A stretch of 64,000 bases of DNA from Nitrosopumilus sp. (GCA_965223425.1 CBDCWS010000001.1:59098-123097); one strand, 5' to 3'. Shown: positions 40,023 through 49,772, numbered from the stretch's first letter. Numbers and translations: made by a program. Notes: a model not told the origin generated them from the sequence alone.

Positions 40023-40023
40023 A

Positions 40024-40533
40024 CTAATACATGTCAATCCCGCGTAGGTATTCCCTGACAATTTCTCGCACAACGAGAGAAAACAGGTTATACAGACTGA
40101 ACCTGTTGCCAAATACAAACTCCAGCCCATCATCGTTGATCAGTTCCTCAACGGCTTCCTCAAATCCCATTGTGTAGTTGCTGATAGCGTCCATTATCTT
40201 GTAAGCAGGATCGTTGCCGTCGGCTATATCAAAGAGGGTTTTGATCCCCTGTGTATTCATGTAGTCAATGACGTAGCCGTGAAAACTGTTCGGTGGATCG
40301 CCGTCAACCCATTTCGCAGACGTTACACGCACATAATCGCCATGCACGCTGTAGTCTTCCAAGTTTTCATCTTCTGCCACGCCGAATAGCATATTATGAA
40401 CGTTTGGATCGCCGTTGTTGCGATCTACACATGCCGTGCCAGAAAACACGCTATCAAGTTCCTCGTTTGTCGTGATCCCGTTGTCCCATTCAACCGTCAC
40501 AATCTCGCCAGTGGTAAGTGTCAATCTAATCAT
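40024..40533 (-). CDS. Acidic hypothetical protein
   Basis: CAGGAG RBS following a GGCGCG hairpin. Confidence 0.6.
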   Translation of the reverse strand: MIRLTLTTGEIVTVEWDNGITTNEELDSVFSGTACVDRNNGDPNVHNMLFGVAEDENLEDYSVHGDYVRVTSAKWVDGDPPNSFHGYVIDYMNTQGIKTLFDIADGNDPAYKIMDAISNYTMGFEEAVEELINDDGLEFVFGNRFSLYNLFSLVVREIVREYLRGIDMY

Positions 40534-40824
40534 TGATGTATCTCCTGTAAGAAGGACGCGCCCCGAAAGACGCGCCTCGCTGTTGGTTCGTGTTAACTCC
40601 TTACCATCCTTACATTGACCTTGAAACCGATTTCCCCAAGCAAAAAATACCGGTGGTGGTTGACGTTATCGTGGCTGATCCATTCCTTGCCGTTGGGTTT
40701 CATGTGTAGTTTCGTAAGGCGTGCCGTGATGCGATACGCTTTGCGATGGATAAATTCATCGTCTTGACGAAAACAGGCGCAAAACTGTTCCCGTGTCTGC
40801 TACACTTAAAAATCGCTTCATACA

Positions 40825-41013
40825 TTATTTATACCTCTTTGCATACTCTTTGGCGTAGATATTGCGTTCCTCTAATACCTTTTGCCGTTCCCGCCAGTTC
40901 TCTGTTAGCATTGTCATTGTTGCCCGATGATTGTAGGATTCGATCTTCTCTACCAATTCCCGTTTAACATCTGCCATGCCCGTTCTTGATGTTGGTATAC
41001 CTTCATTCGCCAC
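40825..41013 (-). CDS. Small hypothetical protein
   Basis: Translationally coupled within the operon. Confidence 0.45.
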   Translation of the reverse strand: MANEGIPTSRTGMADVKRELVEKIESYNHRATMTMLTENWRERQKVLEERNIYAKEYAKRYK

Positions 41014-41341
41014 GTTCCAATGCCTGCTTGACTTGTGCGACTTTTAGTAACTTGACGGATTTGCGCACCGCGACGATGTTCGCCTCTTTGGCTTTCAGCG
41101 TCACAGATAACCCGTTGAATTTCGGAAAATGATCGCTCGTTGTCGTGAAAAAGACGCGCACCTGACCGTCTACGAGTCTAACCGTCTGCGCCGTGACTCG
41201 ATAGCCGATCCGATAGAATTTCCGATTGTGCGTTTTCCCGATGTAGTGTGGATTATTCGATTGGATAAATCCAAGCACGTCATCAGGATTGTCTTTTGTA
41301 TACTGCTTGCCGTAGGCTGCTAAACCTGTGATTTGTGTCAT
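41003..41341 (-). CDS. Hypothetical protein
   Basis: GGAG RBS before MTQITG. Confidence 0.55.
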   Translation of the reverse strand: MTQITGLAAYGKQYTKDNPDDVLGFIQSNNPHYIGKTHNRKFYRIGYRVTAQTVRLVDGQVRVFFTTTSDHFPKFNGLSVTLKAKEANIVAVRKSVKLLKVAQVKQALERGE

Positions 41342-41579
41342 GATAATCTCCGTTGTGAGTAGGGACACCGTGTTATCACCTTGCCCCATGTTCTGAAAAC
41401 ATAAACACGCCTGTTACGGATATTGCGAAACCTGCGCCCCCACCCTTGATAGCGTGTATTGATCCAAAACTCCAGTCGCCGTTGGCGTTGCGCGTTCAAT
41501 GCGAGATGCATATAAAAGAATTGCTGATCCATACTTCATCCGTTTTAAATGTGGCGCGCCCTGTGGACGCGCCCTGTCG

Positions 41580-41969
41580 TTATTTCCAATCCTCTTTGTA
41601 GACTTGCCGTAACGCGTCAAAACGCGATTTCATGTGTGGCAGGTTCTGCAATAAGCCGTCATCGACATCGCCGTTGTGAAAATACCACGATGCCGACTGC
41701 CACAAACAGCCGTTTTCTACGCTGTGGCATTTATCAGGGACTATATACCCAACCCGCTTATTCCGTGCGCGATTCATCACCTTATCAATCGCTCGTTTCT
41801 TTTCCGCTGGCACGCGCTTGATGTGCTGATCCGTTAGCATTTCATAGACCGCGTCCTTGCTATCAGCAGAAAGCGATTTATAGAACGCTTTGCGACTCGT
41901 ATAGTCTAATGAGAGGTATAAACGCGTTGCTAAACTTTTCGACTTGATAGATCGTGTGTCAATGCCCAT
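41580..41969 (-). CDS. Hypothetical protein
   Basis: GGAG RBS; flanked by GGCGCGTCC motifs on both sides. Confidence 0.6.
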   Translation of the reverse strand: MGIDTRSIKSKSLATRLYLSLDYTSRKAFYKSLSADSKDAVYEMLTDQHIKRVPAEKKRAIDKVMNRARNKRVGYIVPDKCHSVENGCLWQSASWYFHNGDVDDGLLQNLPHMKSRFDALRQVYKEDWK

Positions 41970-42005
41970 TATGATCTCCGTAGGTGTGGACGCGCCCGTT
42001 GATCG

Positions 42006-42149
42006 TTAGTTATCACCGCGACGGACACATCGGCGTAGCCGTTGCCGTAAACGCTCGGATCGCTCGCGGCGTCGTTTATACAATTCATACCGCGACAAGA
42101 CAATGCCCGTCGCGATCAAAAAAGTCATTGCGATAAGTGTATAAATCAT
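42006..42149 (-). CDS. 47-aa membrane peptide with an Arg-rich tail (not in the ORF track)
   Basis: GAGGT RBS; MIYTLIAMTFLIATGIVLSRYELYKRRRERSERLRQRLRRCVRRGDN. Confidence 0.5.
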   Translation of the reverse strand: MIYTLIAMTFLIATGIVLSRYELYKRRRERSERLRQRLRRCVRRGDN

Positions 42150-42163
42150 CGTGTTACCTCTCG

Positions 42164-42508
42164 CTACATCCATGAACAAATGTCAATCGGAAAGTCGATC
42201 GGATCGCTGGGTGCGACGTCTAAAATGACGTGACCTGTGGTATAAATCCCGTTGATCCGCCACGCCTCAATATGTGCCTGTGTCGCGGGAATTGTCAAGC
42301 CTTCGACCTCTACGGCTGCCACAACGCGATCGCGGTATTTCTCGCCAAGTGTGTTTGTTTTCCACTCGCTCCACGTCGTATAAACGCGTCCGTCGTAGTT
42401 TGTGTCACCGTCCATCGTGATCGTTGCCTCGTGATATTCATTCATACACGCGGGACACGTGCAACATACCTGTATCGCGCGACCTTCTTCTGATCTTGTT
42501 TCTGGCAT
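42164..42508 (-). CDS. Hypothetical protein with a CxCPxC motif
   Basis: GGAGG RBS following a hairpin. Confidence 0.55.
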   Translation of the reverse strand: MPETRSEEGRAIQVCCTCPACMNEYHEATITMDGDTNYDGRVYTTWSEWKTNTLGEKYRDRVVAAVEVEGLTIPATQAHIEAWRINGIYTTGHVILDVAPSDPIDFPIDICSWM

Positions 42509-42562
42509 TCGATAAACCTCCAAAATAGGACAGGCGCGCCCCGAAAGACGCGCCTGTTATTG

Positions 42563-42793
42563 TTAGTCTTCATCAACCCAAACAACGTGATGATTAATGA
42601 GGGTAAACCTTTCCACGCCAGCGAGTCGTAAACAATTCAGCGTCTCGTAACGCGTGCCGTTACCATCAATCAAACGGATAATTTCACCTGTCGCGGCGAT
42701 CTCGGCTTGCCAATTCTCGCCTGTGTATCCGTCGTCGGCAAAAAATATCTGTGCCTCGCATTCCTCTGGGATTGTGCAAAATTCAATTGCCAT
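42563..42793 (-). CDS. Small acidic hypothetical protein
   Basis: GGAG RBS; bracketed by two hairpins. Confidence 0.55.
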   Translation of the reverse strand: MAIEFCTIPEECEAQIFFADDGYTGENWQAEIAATGEIIRLIDGNGTRYETLNCLRLAGVERFTLINHHVVWVDED

Positions 42794-42849
42794 TGTGATA
42801 ATCTCCAAAATAGGACTGGCGCGCCTTGCAGACGCGCCCATTGTTTGAT

Positions 42850-43041
42850 CTATTTGCTGTATATCTCGATCGTTTCAGCGTAGAGGGCTTGATATTCTTC
42901 TTCGAGTTCCTCAAGTGCGTTCTCCTCTGGATCGTCCTTGAGTTTCTGAATATACAATTCCATCTCCGCGGAAAGTTCCGTTAAACGACTGATCCGCTTT
43001 GTCAGATCACTTTTGCGTTGCATCTGTGCTGTCATCGTCAT
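42850..43041 (-). CDS. Small acidic coiled-coil protein
   Basis: GAGGT RBS; bracketed by two hairpins. Confidence 0.55.
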   Translation of the reverse strand: MTMTAQMQRKSDLTKRISRLTELSAEMELYIQKLKDDPEENALEELEEEYQALYAETIEIYSK

Positions 43042-43104
43042 TGTGTCACCTCGTCAAATGAATGAGACGGACACAACCGCGCCCGTCTCTGCGTGTTCTC
43101 TGTT

Positions 43105-43497
43105 CTACATGCCCAGATCATCAAAATACTGTTCAACCTGTCGGCACGTCTCGGCATCTACCCGCGATCGCACCTCCTCGTTGCCCCAGTAGCCGATGAC
43201 CTGTTGCTGTCGTGTATCCAACTCGATACGCGGACCGCCAACGCCTACGATGGCGATAACGCCTCGCAGTTTGCCATCAGTCCCTCGCGTGATGTCTACA
43301 TCAAGCAGTGATCCATAATGCGCTTCGCAGTTGCCACATTTACATTCAAAACCCTCGATGCAGTCCTCACAGTCGCACGGTTCGCTTTTCTGATCCGCTG
43401 AATCGCACCACGTGTCTTCATAGCAGAAGTAACCCCAGTGTTCGTTCGCCATGCTGTTTACGCTCTTTTGCAAGATTGATCGAATTTCTTGAGACAT
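43105..43497 (-). CDS. Cys-rich acidic phage-type protein
   Basis: CDCEDC...CKCGNC and VGVGGPRIELDT...GYWG. Confidence 0.6.
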   Translation of the reverse strand: MSQEIRSILQKSVNSMANEHWGYFCYEDTWCDSADQKSEPCDCEDCIEGFECKCGNCEAHYGSLLDVDITRGTDGKLRGVIAIVGVGGPRIELDTRQQQVIGYWGNEEVRSRVDAETCRQVEQYFDDLGM

Positions 43498-43569
43498 GAT
43501 AGAATATCCTCGTCTGGTAACTAACAGACATTTTCGATAGGCGCGGGATACTCCCCCGCGCCCATCTTA

Positions 43570-43809
43570 TTATTGGCGTTTATGCCATTGCAGTGCTTGT
43601 TTCGCCTCGTGGCATTCATCGGCAACCGCTTTACTCACGATTTCTAACCGCTCTAACGATTCAGCGTCAACGGCTGAAATGCCCGAATATTCGCTATCAG
43701 CGTCTTGCTGGCACGCTTCGTCCATCTTGTTAAGTAGGCTTGAAAGATTTTCAAGTTCCGCTTTGGCACGGCAGACGCGCAGGTGGAAGATCGCAGGATA
43801 GTTTTTCAT
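43570..43809 (-). CDS. Small hypothetical protein
   Basis: AAGGAG RBS; ATGA coupling with the upstream gene. Confidence 0.55.
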   Translation of the reverse strand: MKNYPAIFHLRVCRAKAELENLSSLLNKMDEACQQDADSEYSGISAVDAESLERLEIVSKAVADECHEAKQALQWHKRQ

Positions 43810-44348
43810 TGGGATTCTCCTTTGCGTGCTTTCTCGACCTTTATCGCGCTCGCCTCAATCTCGGCAAGCAACTTAAACACCTCTGCCTCGCCTACATCAA
43901 GACTCGACAGACTGAAGGACAGACTACCTAACAACTTATGCAATTCATTCGCAGGCATCGCCTCAAGTCGCTTTTCAATGTCTAATTTGGGTGGCTTGCG
44001 CAGAATTTCATCAACGGTGATCTCATCAAACATCAACGTGATCTCAACGTCTCCTGTGCTGATTGACATCTCATTATCAACTTCATCACAGGGAAAATAC
44101 GCCTTATCAACGGCTTTGCGTCCTTGATCATCAATCCATCTACGGACGATCATCCCGTCACACTTGCCTGTAAAGAACGCTTTAGCGTCCGCATTCGACA
44201 TCTGAGGAAATCGCTTTAGCATCTCCGCCACGTCGTAAATCGGAAGATCAACGGCATCACTGCTGCCTTCCTCCCATTCCGCGACGATGTGAACGCCTAA
44301 CGCCTTGATCGCTATAACTCTGATCTGTGCTTTGATCTCGGATAACAT
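43806..44348 (-). CDS. Hypothetical protein
   Basis: AGGAG RBS. Confidence 0.6.
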   Translation of the reverse strand: MLSEIKAQIRVIAIKALGVHIVAEWEEGSSDAVDLPIYDVAEMLKRFPQMSNADAKAFFTGKCDGMIVRRWIDDQGRKAVDKAYFPCDEVDNEMSISTGDVEITLMFDEITVDEILRKPPKLDIEKRLEAMPANELHKLLGSLSFSLSSLDVGEAEVFKLLAEIEASAIKVEKARKGESQ

Positions 44349-44388
44349 GCTTTCTCTCCTATAAATGATAAAGGACGCGCCTGATCGC

Positions 44389-44700
44389 TTATTCTAACTC
44401 AAAACCGATCGCCTTCAAATAAACGGCGTAGGCTTCGGCGACTTGCTTGTGATACATCACGAATGCATCGACTTCCAAATAACACTTATCAGGAAGATAC
44501 AGGCTCGCATCCGTCGGATATTGCTTGATCGCGTCATCGCAATCGACGTAACGCTTGTTGATCTCTTTTAACGCCTGCTGGTAGGTTTTCGCAGGTGTTC
44601 TATCTTCTGCCGTCTCCGACGGTGACGAGATCGCTATACACACCGAGACGATCAGCGACACGACGGCGAGACTTACGAGTGTATGCACAAAAGTTTTCAT
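44389..44700 (-). CDS. Exported/membrane hypothetical protein; first clear gene of the leftward operon
   Basis: AAGGAG RBS and an N-terminal signal/TM segment. Confidence 0.6.
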   Translation of the reverse strand: MKTFVHTLVSLAVVSLIVSVCIAISSPSETAEDRTPAKTYQQALKEINKRYVDCDDAIKQYPTDASLYLPDKCYLEVDAFVMYHKQVAEAYAVYLKAIGFELE

Positions 44701-44950
44701 CAGATTGCTCCTTGTTGGTTCTACCGTGCCGTCGCTTGTATGGCACTTGGTAGGTGGACTTGCCTAACCTCTCTGGGCTGGGGCTGCCTTTTCTTGCTTG
44801 ATTTGTTCTGGCTTTCGTTGCGCACATTTCCGATAAATGTGCGTCCGTTGGCTGACTTACTAGCGTTTCCCCCTTTCTCTTTTTTTTTTTTAGACCTTGA
44901 TTTTCATTGACACCGTTAGCATATCACTATGAGGGTGTCCGCTATACCAC

Positions 44951-44979
44951 ATTATACCACATTTTTCAAGTTATTTCAA
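44951..44979 (-). promoter_or_regulatory. Strong sigma70-type promoter of the leftward operon
   Basis: TTGAAA-N17-TATAAT with an extended -10 TG; a second, overlapping TTGAAA-N17-TATAGC is offset by 10 bp. Confidence 0.75.
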
Positions 44980-45696
44980 GTTATTTTGTTAGTTTGTTAG
45001 GTATTTGTTGCTGTTTTGTTAGTATGTATACCCGAAAAGTGGCAGAAAAGTGGGACAGCGTTGCAAGCACGGACGCTGATGTTTAGGGGGTTTTTGGCTT
45101 CTGTAGGCGTGATGTTGAATGCTACACAAGCTGTCTTGTGTAGCATTCGGCATCAAACACCGAACACGCAACCTCGCTTTTCGGAATACTTTCGGCTGGC
45201 TGGGCGTGAGAATGCAGAGGATCGGAAAAATGGGACTCCTGAATTTTGGGAGGGGTATCGGCGTGTAGGAAAATAACGGGTTTTCCACGCCCGCACGGGG
45301 GACTGGTCGTTGAAACGTAAAAATAAGAAAAAAATAAAAAAAAGGAAGAATTGCTTACAGCAGAAAAGAGGATATTGGGGTAAATTAGAGGGGTATAAAG
45401 TCAAGCGGCACGCGGGTTCGTTCTTACACGGAATTTCATTGTTTTCGGGGTGGAATTGCGGAGGGAAATCCGGTAATTTTTCAAAAAAGAGTTTATCAGC
45501 AAATCCAGGGGGTGTTAAAAGCGCGCGACTTTTCAGGTGTTTAAAACAGCTGTGTTAAGCGGTGTGTTAAAACACACAGATGTGGTAAAATTATAAAAAG
45601 ACTCAGGAGAAACATGTAAATACTGATCCCGGATGCCAATTCACATATACAATACAAGAGGCATAAGAAAATAGAGCGAAGTCCCGGAGAATTCCT

Positions 45697-46263
45697 TTGG
45701 ACTGCCTGTACTGTGCCAGTCCTCTTGAGATACCCATAGAACCCTGCAAGTGTGGCGCATTGATGACTTTCGCGCTCATTTACATTGACATGTCTCCGCC
45801 AATGTATCTGGTGCTGCGCTGGAAAGAACCGATGACACCGGAGTTGTTAGTGAAATCTCTGAAAACCGCTCAGCAATGGATCTGCCTCTCGTGTGATAGA
45901 CCCCTCGAAGCCGATAGCTTTTGTCGGCAATGCGAGGCGCAAACGATGTTGGAAGTCAAAACCCTTGAGATTGCGGGTGTCGGGGCGTATCGCTACACCT
46001 CCAAGCATCAACGCGTCGCGATCCCGTCTGCTATACCCATGGTTGCTCCCAATAGCCAAATACCTCAGATTCACAAATCAACGGTCTTTCAGCCAAAGTC
46101 TGTGTCTACCGTATCACCCGTGAGACCGACGATGTAGAAGCAGAGACCAACGCCGAGAAGATAAAGCGGCTACACGAGAAAGGATACTCAATACGAAAGA
46201 TTGAAGCGTTGACAAACTTCTCGCTGGGTAAAATCCGATACCATATCAACAAGGCAAAGTGAA
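45697..46263 (+). CDS. Zinc-ribbon protein, probably continuing through a frameshift into a C-terminal HTH
   Basis: Four CxxC/CxC motifs. An alternative frame at ~46121-46263 reads KIKRLHEKGYSIRKIEALTNFSLGKIRYHI. Confidence 0.5.
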
Positions 46264-46348
46264 AACGGTTTCCCAATGCCAAAACGACGGATTGCGTCAT
46301 ATTAAACCTCACACACAATCATAAGTGATGCTTTAGGAGAGTTACCTC

Positions 46349-46909
46349 ATGGCTGAAAATAGTCAATGGAAATTCCCCCCACTCACCGACGAAATGAAGA
46401 ATTGGATTATCGACGCTCGCGCCATGGGAACGCCGTTTGAGGAAATCACGCATCATTGTCGGGATATGTTTCCCGAGTACGCCACCGATATTCCAAAAGA
46501 CGTTTTCCCGCAGTTGTTCACATACCGGCTGAAAAGGATTCTTAATTCCTCGCAATCGTCTGCGAAATTCTTTTTGGAAGCCAAACAGAACGGTGAAATT
46601 CCGATCAATGTCGAAGCCGTGCCACTGGTGATTCCACATATTCGACTTTTATGCTATCAACAGCTTTGGGACGAAACCTCGCCACGAACACTTCAGCGGG
46701 TGGTAAAGACCGCAGACGGGGAAGAAAAAGTTTACAAAGACAATACCCGTGAACGGATGGCGATCTTGGCGGCATTCCGAAAGGAATTAGAGATACTCGG
46801 CATCCTGAAACCCAGAGATAAATCCAATCCTCTCAGTGAGGATGACGACGAAGTAGTAGAAATCATTGAGGGTGGTGGAAATTTGTGGAGTGATCCTGAT
46901 ACGGAGTAA
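46349..46909 (+). CDS. Hypothetical protein, possibly terminase small subunit-like
   Basis: AGGAG RBS, HTH-like N-terminus, helical ERMAILAAFRKELEILG and an acidic tail. The assignment rests on architecture only. Confidence 0.4.
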   Translation: MAENSQWKFPPLTDEMKNWIIDARAMGTPFEEITHHCRDMFPEYATDIPKDVFPQLFTYRLKRILNSSQSSAKFFLEAKQNGEIPINVEAVPLVIPHIRLLCYQQLWDETSPRTLQRVVKTADGEEKVYKDNTRERMAILAAFRKELEILGILKPRDKSNPLSEDDDEVVEIIEGGGNLWSDPDTE

Positions 46910-47043
46910 GCAGTCTCAACTCAAACATCACCTCAACACGGAACATTCCACTGTAGGTTGGGCAAACCGCCATTTGGCGATAGGGTTTCTAACCCGTTTG
47001 TGTTTCCATTCTCTCTTTTCCGCAGCAGGAGCGACGCGATCTA

Positions 47044-48280
47044 GTGTTGTGTCAACGCTCTGTTGAAGGATAAAGTCGCTTGAGTTTGATACGCGCATCT
47101 TTGGTAGTAAACCGCCATTTTACAGTCTCACGTTGCTCATTTCTTCGATTTTGCCATGCTTGAACCTCGCGCTTTAGGGTCTGTTGATCCGGTATACGTC
47201 TTGAAAGACATTGTCGGCTTAGCACGGAAAACTCAATCTCCGCTATATTCAACCAACTCCCATGCTTGGGTGTGTAGTGGAACTCCAACTTTCCAGCAAT
47301 GCGTCTGGCTTCATCAGGTGGAAACGCTTTCTCTAACGAAGCCGGCTTATGCGTATTGAGATTGTCGCAAACGAGCGTAATCTTTTCAGCGTCTCGAAAA
47401 TGAATATCAACCAAATCTCGACAGATGTGAGCAAAATCAATACTTGTTCGTCTCTCAGTGACTTCAACATGTCGAAACCCTTGAAGGGGCGCAAAAATCA
47501 TGAATAGATTGCTAACACCATTGCGCTGGTATGTATAATCAGATCGATGCGGTCTGCCCGCAGTCATCCGTAGCGGTGGGCGAGTTTCTTTGATGTGTTG
47601 TTGAGTCGTCTCATCAACACACACCACAGGATGTGCCGGGTCTTGAGGACGCTGGTAGATTTCAAGGATGTCCTCCATCGCAGCAACAAACGTTTCTGAG
47701 GCTTCCGGCGGAATACACCACTGTTTCTTTACCCACGGTCTGAGTTCGTTTTTTTTAGAACCCTTCGTATGGCTTCATGAGAAATACTTGAAAAATGCCG
47801 GAGCTCTACCATTTTCTCTGCTAACAGTCGCAGCGTCCATCTTGAGTGTCCCTCCGGGGCTTCTGAACAAGCCAGAGCGATCAGATGTGCTTCTTTTTCG
47901 CCATCAAACTTTTTCGGTCTTGAGGCGGTGGAAGGCTTTTTCGGAGTCAGGGCGGCTCTAAGTCCTTCAAGCGCAAAGGCTTTACGCGTTCTCTCAATAG
48001 TAGAGACTGAGACATCAACTGCCGCTTTTATCTCTTTATCAGAATAAGCGGATCCAAACTCGCCTGTGTCTGCTTTCAACAAGATTCTGGCACGCGTGAG
48101 TTTTCGGGCGGATTCTCTGCCGGAGGAGATCAGACCCATCAGAGAATCTCGTTGACACCGATCAAGTCTGACGGGGTAGCGTTTCGCTGGCATAACAGAC
48201 TCCAACTTAGAGGATAGATTTTCTTGAGGCTAAGGATACCATTTTTCAGATTAACTGTCAAAACAACGTTGACATAGCAC
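47044..48280 (-). mobile_element. IS630-family element (orfA 47729-48205, then to 47052)
   Basis: TIRs GTGTTGTGTCAAC / GTTGACATAGCAC with TA flanks; DE, DNLNTH and TPKHGSWLN.AE motifs. Confidence 0.93.
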
Positions 48281-48282
48281 TA

Positions 48283-48510
48283 ATGCTTCGTCACATTTGA
48301 ACTTGCGGGTATAGTCTTTTGAGTCGGATGCGCGCGTCGTCGGTAGTAAACCGCCAATTCACGCCTTTTGAGGTGGCATTTCGGTGTGATGCCCACGCCG
48401 CCGTCTCCTGCTTTAGGGTCTCTAAGTCCGGGAGACGCCGAGAAAGACACTGCCGCGTCAATACACTGAGTTCTATCTCTGCGATGTTCAACCAACTCCC
48501 ATGCACCGGC
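48283..48510 (-). pseudogene. 3' fragment of a third related IS630 transposase
   Basis: TPVHGSWLNIAEIELSVLTRQCL...ARIRLKRLYP. Confidence 0.85.
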
Positions 48511-48538
48511 GTATGATGTAATGCCAGACGAAGCACTA

Positions 48539-49772
48539 GTGTTATGTCAACTTTATTTTGACAGTTAGTGTAAAAAATGGTATGCTAAGGGTCCACCTAA
48601 TGACTCCTATAACTGGGAGACTCTTATGCCAGCGAAACGATACCACGTCCTGCTGAGTCGTCGTCAACGAGAGACTCTGATGGATCTGACCTCTTCTGGC
48701 ATCGAATCGGCACGCAAACTCAGGCGTGCGAGAATCTTGCTGAAAGCCAACGCAGGCGAGTTGGGTCCCGCCTACGCTGATGAAGAGATAAAACAAGCTC
48801 TTGACGTCTCAGTGTCTACTATTCAGAGGACCCGTAAAACTTTTGTGCTTCATGGACTCACCGCCGCCCTGAATCCGAAAGCACGCAAAGCCTCAAGGCC
48901 CGAAAAGTTTGATGGCGAAAAAGAAGCACATCTGATCGCTCTGGTTTGTTCAAAAGCCCCCGAGGGCTTCTCAAGATGGACGCTGCGTCTGTTAGCTGAG
49001 AAGATGGTAGAACTCAACCATTTTTCAAGTATTTCTCATGAAACGATACGACGGGTTGTAAAAAAAACCAACTTAGACCTTGGATAAAGCAGCAATGATG
49101 TATTCCACCCGAAGCATCCGTTGAGTTCGTCGCTGCGATGGAAGGCATCTTAGAAATCTACCATCGCCCCGAGGACAGAGCGAATCCTGTGGTTTGTGTC
49201 GATGAAACAAGTAAACAACATATCAAAGAAACTCGGCAGTCCCTGCCGATGGCTTTCGGCATGCCAAGTCGATATGATTATGAATACGCCCGAAATGGCG
49301 TTAGTAATCTATTCATGATTTTTGCGCCCCTTCAAGGGTTTCGACATGTTGAAGTCACTGAGAGACGAACAAGTATTGATTTTGCCCACATCTGTCGAGA
49401 TTTGGTTGATGTTCATTTTCGAGACGCTGAAAAGATTATGCTCGTTTGTGACAATCTCAATACGCATAAGCCAGCTTCGTTGTATAAAGCGTTTGATCCC
49501 GATGAAGCCAGACGTATTGCTGAGAAGTTGGCGTTCCACTATACACCGAAGCATGGGAGTTGGTTGAATATGGCGGAGATTAAGTTTTCCGTGCTAAGCC
49601 GACAATGTCTTTCAAGACGTATACCGGATCAACAGACCCTAAAGCGCGAGGTTCAAGCATGGCAAAACCGAAGAAATAATCAACGTGCGACTGTAAAATG
49701 GCAGTTTACTACCGAAGATGCCCGTATCAAACTCAAACGACTCTACCCTTCAACAGAAGGTTGACACAACAC
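48539..49772 (+). mobile_element. IS630-family element with a TGA replacing a conserved Trp at ~49096
   Basis: TIRs GTGTTATGTCAAC / GTTGACACAACAC with TA flanks; KQQ*CIPP here versus KKQWCIPP in the sister copy. Confidence 0.92.

Larger units (their letters stand above)
36438..44382 (-). repeat. Dispersed family of intergenic GGCGCG-core hairpins (9 full, 2 half)
   Basis: Full copies at 36438-36461, 37551-37583, 37595-37614, 40555-40576, 41553-41573, 42530-42557, 42818-42838, 43064-43089 and 43536-43566. Half sites at 41988-41997 and 44372-44382. Confidence 0.85.
30291..46909. mobile_element. Prophage-like or integrative element remnant: long leftward operon of small genes and a short rightward arm
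   Basis: About 30 tightly packed co-oriented small ORFs including a recombinase, RadC, a ParB-like protein and a LexA-like HTH. Boundaries are uncertain and no structural genes are seen. Confidence 0.7.

Noticed and set aside
36438-44382. Integron cassette array (hairpins as attC sites, 33694-34383 as IntI)
   Set aside because: The hairpins are only 20-33 bp and lack paired RYYYAAC/GTTRRRY ends. The recombinase is short, co-oriented inside the operon, and shows no IntI-specific insertion.
36438-44382. Hairpins as intrinsic terminators
   Set aside because: No U-tract follows them on the coding strand; they lead directly into an RBS.
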